From: a virus
Length of the DNA: 46,646 nucleotides
IMG/VR virus record: IMGVR_UViG_3300017446_000004
Coordinates: 1-46,646 of that record
Reading direction: 5' to 3' (one strand)
Shown here: positions 46,074-46,646 of the stretch, piece by piece
Numbering within the stretch: the first letter of the stretch is position 1
Layout of the letters: each line of letters opens with the position of its first letter
Translations under genes and position numbers: made by a program
The notes under the pieces: model-generated
What the model was told of the DNA's origin: nothing
Database searches by the model: none
What the model saw: the letters and a program-made list of their open reading frames with translations, nothing else

Positions 46074-46646
46074 TGGCAATTTCCCCGATCATCCGCCGCC
46101 CCCTTGAAGCCCTCGGCTTCCTCGCGCCCGCGGAGGTCGGCGGCATGTCCCCCGCCCCGATCCGGCAAGCCTCGCCGCAGGAAACCGACGCCGCGCCCGC
46201 GCTCGACCGCATGATCAGCCGATCGGCGGATTCGTCGTGGTTTCCAAGCGCGTGGCTCGACGCGATCGAGACGAACGACGACCCGATCCTGTCGCGCGAC
46301 GGGTCGGGGCTCAAGCTGTTCGACGCGCTCCTGTCCGACGAGACCGCAATGTCCACGCTGCAACAGCGCCGCCTTGCGATCACGTCGAAGGAATGGGAGG
46401 TCGTGCCCGGCGATGAGGACGACCCGCGGGCGGTAAAAGCGGCTGACGACTTTCGCGCGATGGTGGACGCGCTCGGGTTCGATCGTGTTACGGGATTGCT
46501 GCACTATGGCATTTGGTACGGTTACGCGGTCGCCGAGGGCCTGTTCACGATCAAGGAGCACGACGGCCGGCTGATCGTGTGGCTGGATGACGTGGTGATC
46601 CCCGATCGCGGATGGTTCGGGTTCACCAAGCAAGGCGAGTTGCGCT
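46073..46646 (+). CDS. Portal protein N-terminal part (runs off the window end and continues at base 124 through the overlap)
   Basis: The ATG at 46073 shares its A with the terminase TGA. Translation MAISPIIRRPLEALGF...LKLFDALLSDETAMSTLQQRRLAITSKEWEVVPG is DUF935-like. It is in phase with 3..1727. Confidence 0.9.
   Translation, partial: MAISPIIRRPLEALGFLAPAEVGGMSPAPIRQASPQETDAAPALDRMISRSADSSWFPSAWLDAIETNDDPILSRDGSGLKLFDALLSDETAMSTLQQRRLAITSKEWEVVPGDEDDPRAVKAADDFRAMVDALGFDRVTGLLHYGIWYGYAVAEGLFTIKEHDGRLIVWLDDVVIPDRGWFGFTKQGELR
46524..46646. repeat. Terminal overlap copy 2, identical to 1-123
   Basis: Read directly. Confidence 0.95.

Overview
The window is one complete, circularly closed, high-G+C tailed-phage or prophage-derived genome. 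Bases 1-123 are identical to 46524-46646, so the unique length is 46,523 bp and the portal gene wraps across the window ends. I saw no rRNA, tRNA, CRISPR array, integrase, transposase or reverse transcriptase.

Reading from 33824 on the + strand, the order is:
- an early region: small HTH protein, orphan N6-adenine DNA methyltransferase, acidic protein, RusA, DUF1376 replication-associated protein, Mor-like activator and many tiny translationally coupled ORFs;
- small and large terminase;
- a Mu-like head module: DUF935 portal, Mu F-like protein, gpO/gpI-like protease-scaffold, DUF2190 decoration protein, major capsid, DUF1320 adaptor and Mu G-like protein;
- a siphovirus tail module: tube protein, G/G-T chaperones with a GGGAAAC -1 slippery site, a 1290-aa tape measure and a 1223-aa tail-tip/fibre protein;
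- a lysis cassette: membrane coiled-coil protein, holin, GH108 endolysin and a lipoprotein.

A leftward operon (33737 down to 29292) encodes a DUF1351-like coiled-coil protein, a PD-(D/E)xK exonuclease and an ERF annealase.

The most unusual content is:
1. a 2H-phosphoesterase (LigT/Acb1-like, two HxT motifs) domain embedded in the portal C-terminus;
2. a 10-gene inverted cassette (4931-7629, minus strand) inside the head module, carrying an AT-richer PAPS-reductase/PP-loop enzyme, a zinc-ribbon protein and a chain of 4-nt-overlapping micro-membrane proteins. Its divergent control region shares two exact motifs with the early control region;
3. a Sec-exported clan GH-A glycoside hydrolase and several other exported small proteins, including one with a PEPxxWA-CTERM exosortase tail;
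4. a LamG lectin - HxH repeat stalk - neck-protein fusion;
5. a duplicated stop-hairpin-SD intercistronic element;
6. an AT-rich iteron/inverted-repeat patch inside the DUF1376 gene that could be the origin.

All functional calls come from reading motifs and synteny by eye; no database search was run.
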